DNA of 64,000 nt from NCBI GenBank assembly GCA_963674705.1, contig OY771506.1, positions 192,001-256,000 on the forward strand. Reading direction: 5' to 3'. The number at the start of each line of letters is the position of its first letter. Position 1 is the first letter of the stretch. Source of the DNA: Phycisphaeraceae bacterium (GTDB lineage: Bacteria > Planctomycetota > Phycisphaerae > Phycisphaerales > Phycisphaeraceae). Under the pieces are notes generated by a model, which saw only the letters and a program-made list of their open reading frames with translations, was not told where the DNA came from and made no database searches. Positions 1 to 9,088 of the stretch are shown in pieces. The position numbers were made by a program, and so were the translations under genes.

Positions 1-1500
1 GCCGGCTCGGAATGGAACCTCGCCACTTTTCTAGATGTCGGCAGTCTCGGCGAAGGCACGCTGAACATCCTCGACGGCGGTGTGGTGGAAACCCGGGGCA
101 GTAGCAGTAGTGATATCGGAGTGGGCTCCGGGTCCCACGGTACGGTAAACGTCGATGACTCACGCTTGAGCATTCTTTTCGAAGATCTGAATGTCGGGTA
201 TCACGGCACGGGTGAACTGAACATCAGCAATGGTGGGCGTGTAAGCAATATTGAAGGAAGGATCGGGTATCAGCCCACCGGGGTCGGCACGGCACGTGTC
301 GGCGGCGGATCGGTCTGGGAGCTTTCGGAAGCCCTGTTCGTCGGGTACGAAGGCCGGGGCACGCTGTTCATCGAGGCCGGTGGCCAGATCGAGAGCGCCG
401 CCGGGGTGCTCGGTCATAGAGCCGGTTCGGTGGGTATGGCCACAGTTACCGGCGCCGGCTCGATATGGAATTGCCGTTTCGGGATGCGGGTGGGACAATA
501 CACAGGCCAATGCACCCTGCTGATCGAGAACGGGGGTGTCGTCAATGCCCCGAACAGTGTCATCGGTTATGACTCCGGCCTGGATAATACCGCCACCGTC
601 ACGGGCGTCGGCTCGGTATGGAACTGTTCGGACTTGTTGACGGTTGGGCTTAAAGGGCAAGGCACACTCACGATCGACGACGGCGCCACGGTCTCGGTGG
701 GCAATCAACTTACACTCGGCGAAGAGACCGAGGGGATAGGCGTCGTCAACCTCGCGGGGGGCACGCTTGACCTGAATGGCGGTGAACTCGCGGCTGGGCT
801 GGGTGATGCTACCTTCAACTTCACCGGCGGCACGCTTAAAAACGCAGGCTCGATCCAGCTTGGACAACCATTCGTTCAAGATGGTGGCACCCTCGCGCCG
901 GGCGGGTCGATCGGGCAGATGGGTATCGAAGGAAATTACGATCTCAACGCCGGCACGCTGGAAGTCGAACTCGGTGGCATGGGTAATCCCATCGACCTGG
1001 TTACCGTCACCAGTGACATCGACATCGCAAACACCGATACCACGCTCGATCTGCAAGCCCTAGGTCCGATGGCTGCGGGAACATATACAGTATTGGAATC
1101 GACCGCCGGAACGATCACCGGCATGTTCGAGAATGTCAGCGCGCTAAACCTCTTTGGTGTCAACGTTACCGTGAACAACACAGGCAACGCTATCACCGTC
1201 ACGCTCGACAGCGACCTGGTCTTTGCGGACCCGAACCTCGATGGCTTCGTCGGCATTGATGATCTGGACATCGTGCTGAACCACTGGAATCAAACCGTCA
1301 CCGCCGGCGATATCTTGTCCGGTGATCTGGATGGCGATGGCTTCGTGGGTCTCAATGACCTGGATGCGGTGCTGAACAATTGGAACGCGGGGACGTTGCC
1401 TCCGGAAACAGCGAATGTCATCCCCGAGCCCAGCAGCGTTGGCTTGATGCTACTGAGCGTATTCGGTATCTGCCGACGGGGTTGGACGCGGGCGGCGTAG
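1..1500 (+). CDS. PEP-CTERM surface protein with T5SS/PEP-CTERM-associated beta repeats and dockerin-like Ca-binding repeats (5' partial)
   Basis: Frame is open from base 1. Repeated 'VG..G.GTL.I..GG.V' units; two DxNxDGFVGxxDL loops; C-terminal IPEPSS + TM + RR. Confidence 0.85.
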   Translation, partial: AGSEWNLATFLDVGSLGEGTLNILDGGVVETRGSSSSDIGVGSGSHGTVNVDDSRLSILFEDLNVGYHGTGELNISNGGRVSNIEGRIGYQPTGVGTARVGGGSVWELSEALFVGYEGRGTLFIEAGGQIESAAGVLGHRAGSVGMATVTGAGSIWNCRFGMRVGQYTGQCTLLIENGGVVNAPNSVIGYDSGLDNTATVTGVGSVWNCSDLLTVGLKGQGTLTIDDGATVSVGNQLTLGEETEGIGVVNLAGGTLDLNGGELAAGLGDATFNFTGGTLKNAGSIQLGQPFVQDGGTLAPGGSIGQMGIEGNYDLNAGTLEVELGGMGNPIDLVTVTSDIDIANTDTTLDLQALGPMAAGTYTVLESTAGTITGMFENVSALNLFGVNVTVNNTGNAITVTLDSDLVFADPNLDGFVGIDDLDIVLNHWNQTVTAGDILSGDLDGDGFVGLNDLDAVLNNWNAGTLPPETANVIPEPSSVGLMLLSVFGICRRGWTRAA

Positions 1501-1631
1501 ACCGATCGGCCACACCTGTTTTGCGGTCAGGCTATTGCCTGCGGTGGACGCCACTTCAGCGCTCAGCCCTCAGTACAGCCTCATCGCCCCCCTACCCGAC
1601 ACCCGCTACCCGATCCGCTACAATCTCCGTT

Positions 1632-2738
1632 ATGGCAGGTAACAGTTTCGGACAGCTATTTCGTGTGACGACCGCCGGTGAGAGTCATGGGCCGGGGAAC
1701 GTGTGCATTATTGATGGCGTCCCGCCGGGGCTTGAGTTGAGCGAGGAAGACCTGCTGCCGGATTTGGCGCGCAGGCGGCCGGGGCAGTCGAAGATCACGA
1801 CGCAACGCGATGAGCCGGATTACCCGCAGATCCTTTCGGGCGTGTTCGAAGGCAAAACGACCGGCACGAGCATCGCCATCCTGATCGCCAACAAGGACCA
1901 GCGCTCGCGCGACTACGGCGACATCAAAGACAAGTACCGCCCGGGTCATGCTGATTACACATTCGACGCTAAATACGGCCGGCGCGATTACCGCGGTGGT
2001 GGCCGCAGCAGCGCACGCGAAACAACCGTGCGCGTCGCCGCCGGCGCGGTTGCCAAGAAACTCTTAGCCGAAGCGCACGGCATCAACATCGTCGGCTTCG
2101 TCACACAAGTTGGCGCTATCGTTGCCGATATCCCGAACCCGCAATGCATCACACTCGAACAAGTCGAATCAAACATCGTGCGCTGCCCGGATAACGAAGC
2201 GGCGCAAAAGATGATCGACCTGATCGAAAAGATGCGAAGCGAACGCGACTCGATCGGCGGCATCGCACAGATCGTCGCGACAAACGTCCCACCCGGCTGG
2301 GGCGAACCTGTCTTCGACAAACTCAAAGCCGACTTAGGCAAAGCCATGTTCAGTTTGCCCGCGGTGCTGGGTGTTGAATATGGTATCGGTTTCGGATGCG
2401 CCACACTACGCGGCACGGAAAACAACGACACGTTCGTGCCCGCCCCTCAAGCCTCAAGCCCCAAGCCTCAAGCCATCACAACTTCAACCAACCGCCACGG
2501 CGGCATGCTCGGCGGTATCAGTTCCGGTCAGCCGATCGTTCTGCGTTGTGCGATCAAACCCACAAGCAGTCTGCCGCAAGATCAGAACACCGTGACGCGC
2601 GACGGCGAGCCTACCACAATATCTACAAAAGGCCGTCACGACCCCTGCCTGCTGCCGCGTTTCATCCCGATGGGCGAAGCGATGGTCGCGATCGTGTTAG
2701 CCGATCACATGCTGCGGCAGCGGGCACAGTGCGGGTAA
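1632..2738 (+). CDS. aroC: Chorismate synthase
   Basis: MAGNSFG start; GESHG, RPGHAD, GGGRSSARET, KPTSS and GRHDPC motifs. ATG at 1632 chosen instead of the longer ORF call. Confidence 0.97.
   Translation: MAGNSFGQLFRVTTAGESHGPGNVCIIDGVPPGLELSEEDLLPDLARRRPGQSKITTQRDEPDYPQILSGVFEGKTTGTSIAILIANKDQRSRDYGDIKDKYRPGHADYTFDAKYGRRDYRGGGRSSARETTVRVAAGAVAKKLLAEAHGINIVGFVTQVGAIVADIPNPQCITLEQVESNIVRCPDNEAAQKMIDLIEKMRSERDSIGGIAQIVATNVPPGWGEPVFDKLKADLGKAMFSLPAVLGVEYGIGFGCATLRGTENNDTFVPAPQASSPKPQAITTSTNRHGGMLGGISSGQPIVLRCAIKPTSSLPQDQNTVTRDGEPTTISTKGRHDPCLLPRFIPMGEAMVAIVLADHMLRQRAQCG
2445..2472 (+). repeat. Intragenic heptamer tandem (CCTCAAG)x4, one variant unit, in aroC
   Basis: cctcaag cctcaag ccccaag cctcaag, encoding PQASSPKPQA. 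Confidence 0.8.
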
Positions 2739-2879
2739 ATCCCTGTCAAATAGAGTTAATCTAGATAAAACGCCCTGCTAGCGATAATGACTCACTTGCA
2801 GGTCTGGTTTTTCATTGAATCAAGACCTTATTATGTTAAACTGGCCATGACTTATTAATTCTCAAACCGGGAGACTAGC

Positions 2880-4637
2880 ATGCACACCCGAAGCCCCCTT
2901 CTCGGCCCCGCCTACGTGTTGGCCCTGTCGATCACGCTATTGAGTTTGGCACCACCGGCCACAGGTGCAATCACGGTTACGGGAGATGTCACACCAACGT
3001 ACGACGGCACCGACCCGTGGGATGAAACGGGTACACACTTTTATATAGGCGAAACGACTGATGGATCACTCACCATAGACAATGGCAGCGAGGTCTACAG
3101 CGGGACTGCCTCCATCGGTGATGGAGGTAACGGCACAGTCACCGTTACCGGAGTGGGCTCGCTATGGGATACTCGATACGTTCACCCGATTTTCCATGGC
3201 AGTTCATGTTTGAGTGTGGGTTCTGGATCCACTGGCGTTCTGAATATTGAAAACGGAGCAGTAGTACAGTCCTTCGGCGCAAGCATAAGCGGTACTTCCG
3301 GTTCGGAAGGAACTGTTACTGTCACGGGTCCCGGATCAAGGTGGGAGATATCTCCTGACAGTATCTTTAGTTCACACCAGGGTGTAAGCATCGGTGGTCA
3401 GCTTAATATCCTGGATGGGGGCGTGGTCACCGATAATAATGTCGAGTCTTTAATGGTGAGTACAAGCGGTTCGATCAATATCAGCGGTGCAGGATCGACT
3501 TTGTCTACATCATTTGACACCGAGTTGAAGAACACAGTAATCGCTGACGGTGGCAAACTTGTAAGTGTGTTTAATATCTTGCTAAGTGGAGTTGCTAGCA
3601 CCACGAGAGTGACTGGGGCTGGTTCATCTATGGATACACCTGACTTGTATGTTGTTGAATCTACTTTACTCATTGAGAATGCCGGCTATGTCAAAAGTGA
3701 TTATGCTACCATCGGAGGTACTGCCGAACCGAGCACCGTGACCGTCACCGGCTTCGATACAGCCTGGGAATCTGATAATCTAGATGTCTATTACGGAGGT
3801 GTAATCAATATAGAAAATGGTGGACGTGTTTTTGTAGGATGGGGGGTTTTTTTCCCGGAACCTACTAATACCGCCCTTACGGAGCCTGGCACGATCAATC
3901 TTACGGGCGGCACGCTGGACCTCAACGACAACTACATGATCTGCAGGGCTGATGATGTGGCATTCAACTTCACCGGTGGGACGCTGCTGAACGCGAAGGC
4001 TATCAGACTCGAACACCCCTTCGTCCAGAACGGCGGCACACTCGCACCGGGCGGATCGATCGGACAGACGGACATCGAGGGGGATTACGACCTGAACGCC
4101 GGTACACTTGAAATCGAACTCGGCGGCGTGGGTGATCCCATTGATCTTGTCACCGCCACAGCAGATATCGACATCGCAAGCACCGATACCACCTTGGACC
4201 TGCGAGCCTTAGGTCCGATGGCGGCGGGAACCTATACCGTGTTGGAATCGACCGGCGGGACGATCACAGGCATGTTCGAAAACATCAGCCCGTTCAACCT
4301 CTTCGGCGTCAACGTCACCGTGAACAATACCGGCAGCGCAGTTACAGTCACACTCGATAGCGATTTGATCTTTGCCGACCCCAACGGCGACGGCTTTGTC
4401 GAGCTCGACGACCTGGATATCGTGTTAAGCCATTGGAACCAGACCGTCACCGCCGGCGACATCTTGTCCGGCGATCTCGATGGTGATGGCTTTGTTGGCC
4501 TCGACGACTTGGACGCGATACTGACGCATTGGAACGAAGGCACGCCGCCGACGGAAGTCTTGGCAAGTGTGCCGGAGCCCGCCACGGCGGTGATATTGTT
4601 TGCGGGGATTAGCGCACTATTGAAAAAGCGTTTGTGA
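2880..4637 (+). CDS. PEP-CTERM surface protein, paralog of 1..1500
   Basis: Signal peptide; G.GS.W repeats; C-terminal ~200 aa about 80-85% identical (hand alignment) to 1..1500; VPEPAT + TM + KKR. Confidence 0.88.
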   Translation: MHTRSPLLGPAYVLALSITLLSLAPPATGAITVTGDVTPTYDGTDPWDETGTHFYIGETTDGSLTIDNGSEVYSGTASIGDGGNGTVTVTGVGSLWDTRYVHPIFHGSSCLSVGSGSTGVLNIENGAVVQSFGASISGTSGSEGTVTVTGPGSRWEISPDSIFSSHQGVSIGGQLNILDGGVVTDNNVESLMVSTSGSINISGAGSTLSTSFDTELKNTVIADGGKLVSVFNILLSGVASTTRVTGAGSSMDTPDLYVVESTLLIENAGYVKSDYATIGGTAEPSTVTVTGFDTAWESDNLDVYYGGVINIENGGRVFVGWGVFFPEPTNTALTEPGTINLTGGTLDLNDNYMICRADDVAFNFTGGTLLNAKAIRLEHPFVQNGGTLAPGGSIGQTDIEGDYDLNAGTLEIELGGVGDPIDLVTATADIDIASTDTTLDLRALGPMAAGTYTVLESTGGTITGMFENISPFNLFGVNVTVNNTGSAVTVTLDSDLIFADPNGDGFVELDDLDIVLSHWNQTVTAGDILSGDLDGDGFVGLDDLDAILTHWNEGTPPTEVLASVPEPATAVILFAGISALLKKRL

Positions 4638-4682
4638 GTGGAACTGCCGGCAGCAAGCTGCACGGCTAAACGGGGGGATGGA

Positions 4683-4703
4683 CCGTTAGCCGTTAGCCGT
4701 TAG
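4683..4703. repeat. Intergenic heptamer tandem (CCGTTAG)x3
   Basis: ccgttagccgttagccgttag; a degenerate reverse-complement patch lies at ~34143-34167. Confidence 0.75.
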
Positions 4704-4751
4704 ATTTAGAGCGCATTGCCGTATGCAGGCGGGATCGTCTATGCTGGTGCA

Positions 4752-5207
4752 ATGCGAGTACTTCTACAACGTGTCAGCAAAGGTTCGGTTACCGTCGAGG
4801 GTGAGGTGGTCGGCGAGGTTGGGGATGGTTATGTTCTGCTTGTTGGGATCGCGGACGGGGATACACAGGCGATCGCGGACAAGCTGGCGGAGAAGGTGGT
4901 GAACCTGCGGATTTTCTCGGATGATTCGGGGAAGTTTGATTTATCGTTATTGGACGTTGAGGGCGGGGCGCTGGTGATCTCGCAGTTTACGTTGTATGGC
5001 GATGCACGTAAGGGGCGTCGACCGAGCTTTATACAGGCGGCGAGGCCTGAGGTGGCGGAGCCTTTGTGTGATTACTTCGCGGATAAGCTGAGGGCTCTGG
5101 GGATTCAGCACGTGGCCACAGGGCGGTTTGGCGCCAGCATGCGGGTCGAGATCATCAATGAGGGGCCGGTGACGCTGATGCTTGATAGCGATGTGTTGGG
5201 CAAGTGA
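4752..5207 (+). CDS. dtd: D-aminoacyl-tRNA deacylase
   Basis: [20 protein letters not shown] and NEGPVT motifs. Confidence 0.96.
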   Translation: MRVLLQRVSKGSVTVEGEVVGEVGDGYVLLVGIADGDTQAIADKLAEKVVNLRIFSDDSGKFDLSLLDVEGGALVISQFTLYGDARKGRRPSFIQAARPEVAEPLCDYFADKLRALGIQHVATGRFGASMRVEIINEGPVTLMLDSDVLGK

Positions 5208-5271
5208 AAGACCGCAGCCTGCATTGATAAAACCGATTGATTATCGGAACAGGCAACTCACTTCATCAGAT

Positions 5272-5298
5272 TCAGAGGCGCTTAAATAGAGCCGATGT
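5272..5298 (+). promoter_or_regulatory. Putative sigma28 (FliA/WhiG)-type promoter
   Basis: TCAG-N15-GCCGATGT, similar to the TAAA-N15-GCCGATAA consensus; matching motif at 20713-20739. Confidence 0.6.
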
Positions 5299-5370
5299 AA
5301 TGGTATATCAAAGCGCTCCTTTCGCATGGAGCGCGGCCTTGTGTTACCTGTCGACTTGAGGAGGCATCTG

Positions 5371-5793
5371 GTGACGGAGCGAGCGAAGACCATCCTGATC
5401 GTGGATGACGAGCCGCATATTGTGCACATCATCCGGTACAAGCTGGAGCGATCCGGTTACCGAGTAGAGGTCGCGGACGATGGCGAGGCCGGTTTCGAAA
5501 CAGCTCAGACACTCGACCCCGACCTGATCGTGACGGACTTCCAGATGCCTGTGCTCAGCGGGTATGAGATGTGTGTCAAGCTGCACGCATCAGAACTGAC
5601 AGCCGACACACCTGTGATCATGGTCACCGCTCGTGGGCATAAGCTGTCCGCCGAAGAGTTGGAGAAGACCAATATCCGACAGATGCTGTGCAAGCCGTTC
5701 AGCGCCAGGGAATTGCTGGACGTGATCGATGAACTTCTCAGCGACAGTGACTCCGGGGAAAGTGGTTATCAAAACGAGGCGGACGCGGCATGA
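5371..5793 (+). CDS. Stand-alone receiver-domain response regulator
   Basis: ILIVDDE, D(FQMP), TA and KPFS motifs; GAGGAGG SD before GTG 5371; ATGA overlap with the next gene. Confidence 0.92.
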   Translation: MTERAKTILIVDDEPHIVHIIRYKLERSGYRVEVADDGEAGFETAQTLDPDLIVTDFQMPVLSGYEMCVKLHASELTADTPVIMVTARGHKLSAEELEKTNIRQMLCKPFSARELLDVIDELLSDSDSGESGYQNEADAA

Positions 5794-7421
5794 ATATTCT
5801 GCAAGGGCCGGGCTATCAAACTGGATATACCAAGGCTCTTGCCGAACGATGCGAGGTGCTGCGGCTGGCGTGTTGGTACTTGCCTGCAAGCACGAACGAC
5901 CTTAATCCGCCGGCGGTGGATGATTCGGCGGCAAAGTTACTCACATCATCAGCGATGCAGGATCGTGTATCGCAACACATCGAATCCTGGCTTTCACAGG
6001 AAGAAACCTCCGCGGTTGAAATCGAAGCCGGTTGCTGGTTGCTACCTGTTGTATTGCGTAAGCGTCGCAGGGTGACAGCGATTGTAGCGGGGATCACGTT
6101 CGGAGCCGGCGTATTCGACAGTGCGTGGTTTGCTGATATTTGTCAGGCAGCACAAATCGATCCGCGGCAAGGCCGGGAAGCACTTGCCAAGTACACCTGG
6201 CCGGGGGATGTGGATCTGAACCTGTTAACCGGTGCGTTCGAGAAAGCCGTCGAAGATCACACACAGGCAGAGAGTAGCGCCGCGATCATGGACGACTTCA
6301 GCGAGCAGTTGCTGGAGACATACGAGCAGACGAACCTGCTGTTCCGCCTGGCGCGATACATGAACAGCCTGGAGGACCCGAAGGAACTGATACCGGCCTG
6401 CTGTTCACAGATACTTCCAATATTCCCCTTCCGCTGGATCGCGGTGAAGTTCTGGGAGCAGGGGCATCAAGTCAAGGGCTTGACCGGCCGTCAGTTCATC
6501 ACAGGCGAATTGCCGTGTGACAGTAATGAGTTTGAAAAAGCGGTGATTCAGCAGTTCAGCATGAATGGTGAAGGCGACTGGACGCGCCTAATTGAGCCGG
6601 GCAACGGGCGCGTGGCGGACCTGGTTGGCTCCGAGGTTATCGTCGAAACCATCAAACACGATACCGAAGTTGTCGGTGTGTTGATGACGGGTAACAAGCG
6701 TGGCTCCTGCCCGATGGAAAGCGATGTAACCAGCGGTGAGATGCTTTTCTTCGAAGCAGCGTCGAACATGATCGGCGTCTTCCACGAGAACATCGCACGC
6801 TTCGAGGACCTCCGGGATATGTTCAAGGGCACGCTCCGTGCTCTGACCGCTGCCATCGATGCGAAAGACCCCTATACTCGAGGTCACTCCGAACGTGTGG
6901 CATACCTGGCCGCCCGCCTTGCGGAGAAGATGGGGCTTGATAAGCCGGAGGTCGAACGCGTTCATACGACCGGCCTGGTGCACGATGTGGGTAAGATCGG
7001 TGTACCCGGCCACGTGCTGAGCAAGCCCGGGCGCTTGACGGATGAAGAATTCGGCTTGATTAAAAAGCATCCGACTATCGGTTATGAAATCCTCAAGGAC
7101 ATCCCGGCATTGGAAACGATGCTGCCGGGTGTGCTGCACCACCACGAACGCTGGGACGGCCGGGGCTATCCGCACGGTTTGTCGGGTGAAGCTATACCGA
7201 TGCTCGGACGTATCCTGGCATTGGCGGACACGTTCGATGCGATGAGCTCGACGCGCTCGTACCGCCCCGCCCTGCCGCGCGACACGGTCCTGGAAGAAAT
7301 CCGCAATTGTGCCGGCACACAGTTCGATCCGAAACTGGCGCCGCTTTTCGTTGAGTTGGACCTCAGTGAATATGACAGGCTGGTCGAAGCCCATCGTTCC
7401 TTAAGCGTGTTCGCGGCCTAG
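5790..7421 (+). CDS. HD-GYP cyclic-dinucleotide phosphodiesterase with N-terminal sensory/GAF-like region
   Basis: KDPYTRGHSERV, HDVGKIG, HHHERWDGRGYP, DTFDAM and GTQFDP motifs all intact. Confidence 0.93.
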   Translation: MNILQGPGYQTGYTKALAERCEVLRLACWYLPASTNDLNPPAVDDSAAKLLTSSAMQDRVSQHIESWLSQEETSAVEIEAGCWLLPVVLRKRRRVTAIVAGITFGAGVFDSAWFADICQAAQIDPRQGREALAKYTWPGDVDLNLLTGAFEKAVEDHTQAESSAAIMDDFSEQLLETYEQTNLLFRLARYMNSLEDPKELIPACCSQILPIFPFRWIAVKFWEQGHQVKGLTGRQFITGELPCDSNEFEKAVIQQFSMNGEGDWTRLIEPGNGRVADLVGSEVIVETIKHDTEVVGVLMTGNKRGSCPMESDVTSGEMLFFEAASNMIGVFHENIARFEDLRDMFKGTLRALTAAIDAKDPYTRGHSERVAYLAARLAEKMGLDKPEVERVHTTGLVHDVGKIGVPGHVLSKPGRLTDEEFGLIKKHPTIGYEILKDIPALETMLPGVLHHHERWDGRGYPHGLSGEAIPMLGRILALADTFDAMSSTRSYRPALPRDTVLEEIRNCAGTQFDPKLAPLFVELDLSEYDRLVEAHRSLSVFAA

Positions 7422-7461
7422 AATGATCCAGGCATTTGCCAGGTATCCCAATCCGTCACGC

Positions 7462-7932
7462 CTAATATACGACGCGTTTCCATGTGCCGGATTGAATCGT
7501 GCCTTCGCTGTCAATTGTGACTTCAAACGCGTACCTGGCATTACCCCAGATACCAACACTTGTGAGTACAACCGGATCGGTAGTATCGTCGGTCAGGTTG
7601 CCGTCATCCGGGTCGACACCGGTGACCGAAAAGGTGCCCGTACCCATCGTGATATTTTGATAGTTTCCATTATTGAGAGAAGTACGCCATGTGCTGCTCG
7701 TTTCGGTCTCAATGCGCCAGAGCATGTAGTCGATCCCTGAGCGCGCCAACTCACGGGCTTGCACACGATCGGCTGTATTCGTGACGCTGCGGCGTTGGAC
7801 CCTGGCAAGCATCAGCGATGACACACCGATCGCTGCCACAATCACGGACGCACCTAGCACGAGGATGTAGACGGATCCACGCTCTTGCACCGAGCGGCCG
7901 ACACGGCGATTGACTTTAGAGTTATGGCACAT
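7462..7932 (-). CDS. PilX/GspK-like minor pilin
   Basis: RGSVYILVLG... hydrophobic N-helix without Glu5, 'ARELARSGI' motif; SD before ATG 7932. Confidence 0.7.
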   Translation of the reverse strand: MCHNSKVNRRVGRSVQERGSVYILVLGASVIVAAIGVSSLMLARVQRRSVTNTADRVQARELARSGIDYMLWRIETETSSTWRTSLNNGNYQNITMGTGTFSVTGVDPDDGNLTDDTTDPVVLTSVGIWGNARYAFEVTIDSEGTIQSGTWKRVVY

Positions 7933-9088
7933 CCAGCGCCTCCTCCTTATCCGCAGCCCAAGCGATGGCACGCTTCATGAGCAACTTGCCGTCGTCATTC
8001 AACAGACTTCCATCAAAGCTACCGCCACCCCAGGGTAACTGAACGCGTCGGCCTGCGGCGACCCCACCGCCGAACAATCCGCGGCCGGTCTCGATCACAA
8101 CCAGCACATGTTCATCATCATGGTCGGTCTGTGCCAGAACATCGACACCTCCGCCAAGCCCGCCGATGATGCGTGAAAGTTCCGAGTTGGAAGAGAGAAT
8201 TTCGAGCTTGTCTACTGCAAAACCCTCGGTGATGAAGTGACTGTTATCTACAATGTAGACTTTTTTCTTATCATAGAGTTCGAAAGTATCCGTGAAGCCA
8301 AACTCATCATCCAAATAAGGCTCTTCACACACGACACCGATCGTCGCATCCAAGAGTTTTGTATTCAAATCACCTGAACTGATTGCTTCACAAACATAGA
8401 CCACGTCATTACGGGCCGCGGCGTCATCAAAGGCGGTCTGTGAATCAGAAGCTGTAATCGGTTCGACGACAAAGCCCCATGACTCCATTAATGTTTGGCG
8501 GAGTTGTTCCTGGCTGGTCAGTGAAGCTGAGTCTATTACGACCAATAGTACATTGACGACGGGCGTTTTGTCCGGCCAGCCACTGGTCCGCAAGGATGAT
8601 AACGTCGTGATCGGCTGGCCGTTGTGCGTCACCGTCACGTCGATCCGTTTAATCCCGTTGGCGCTGCCTGACGTGCTGTTCAGGTCGGCGGCATCCGCCC
8701 AGGTCACGGTGACTTTACGGCCCCACCCGTCCATGCCGGGCAAATCCGTGCCGTTTCGATCCTGAGGCGGGGTGCTGCTCCAGCCGTCGTAGTCATCGAC
8801 GTCATCCCAATCGGTGCGTACCGTGGCGTTCTCACCTTCCAGACCGAAGGTACCTGTGGTGGCAGGCTCCATGTAGTGCTGGTTGAGGATCTCGGTCATG
8901 AGGTCCTGGGCAAGCATCGGGCCCAGGGATTGTTCGGTATTGCGCATCTGTGAGAGCTTGGACGCCCCGAGTGTGTTCAATACCGCAACCAGCATCAATC
9001 CGACAACAAGGATCGACATCACCGCTTCGATAAGGGTGAAAGCCGTCGCCACGCGACGCGATGTAGATTTAGCGGTTGAGTATGTCAT
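7922..9088 (-). CDS. Minor pilin (PilV/GspI-like) with extra C-terminal domain
   Basis: AFTLIEAV prepilin motif; DDVDDYDG motif; ~200 aa C-terminal extension. Confidence 0.8.
   Translation of the reverse strand: MTYSTAKSTSRRVATAFTLIEAVMSILVVGLMLVAVLNTLGASKLSQMRNTEQSLGPMLAQDLMTEILNQHYMEPATTGTFGLEGENATVRTDWDDVDDYDGWSSTPPQDRNGTDLPGMDGWGRKVTVTWADAADLNSTSGSANGIKRIDVTVTHNGQPITTLSSLRTSGWPDKTPVVNVLLVVIDSASLTSQEQLRQTLMESWGFVVEPITASDSQTAFDDAAARNDVVYVCEAISSGDLNTKLLDATIGVVCEEPYLDDEFGFTDTFELYDKKKVYIVDNSHFITEGFAVDKLEILSSNSELSRIIGGLGGGVDVLAQTDHDDEHVLVVIETGRGLFGGGVAAGRRVQLPWGGGSFDGSLLNDDGKLLMKRAIAWAADKEEALDVP

Noticed and set aside
1380..1631. Long N-terminal extensions in the ORF track for aroC (also sucA, pta, ROK, the GspE-like gene and the 41078 gene)
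   Set aside because: They overlap neighbouring genes, terminators or repeats; family homology and RBS or -10 signals support later starts.
745..4560. Diversity-generating retroelement TR/VR pair
   Set aside because: Differences between the paralogs are not adenine-specific, both copies are full coding genes, and no reverse transcriptase is in the window.
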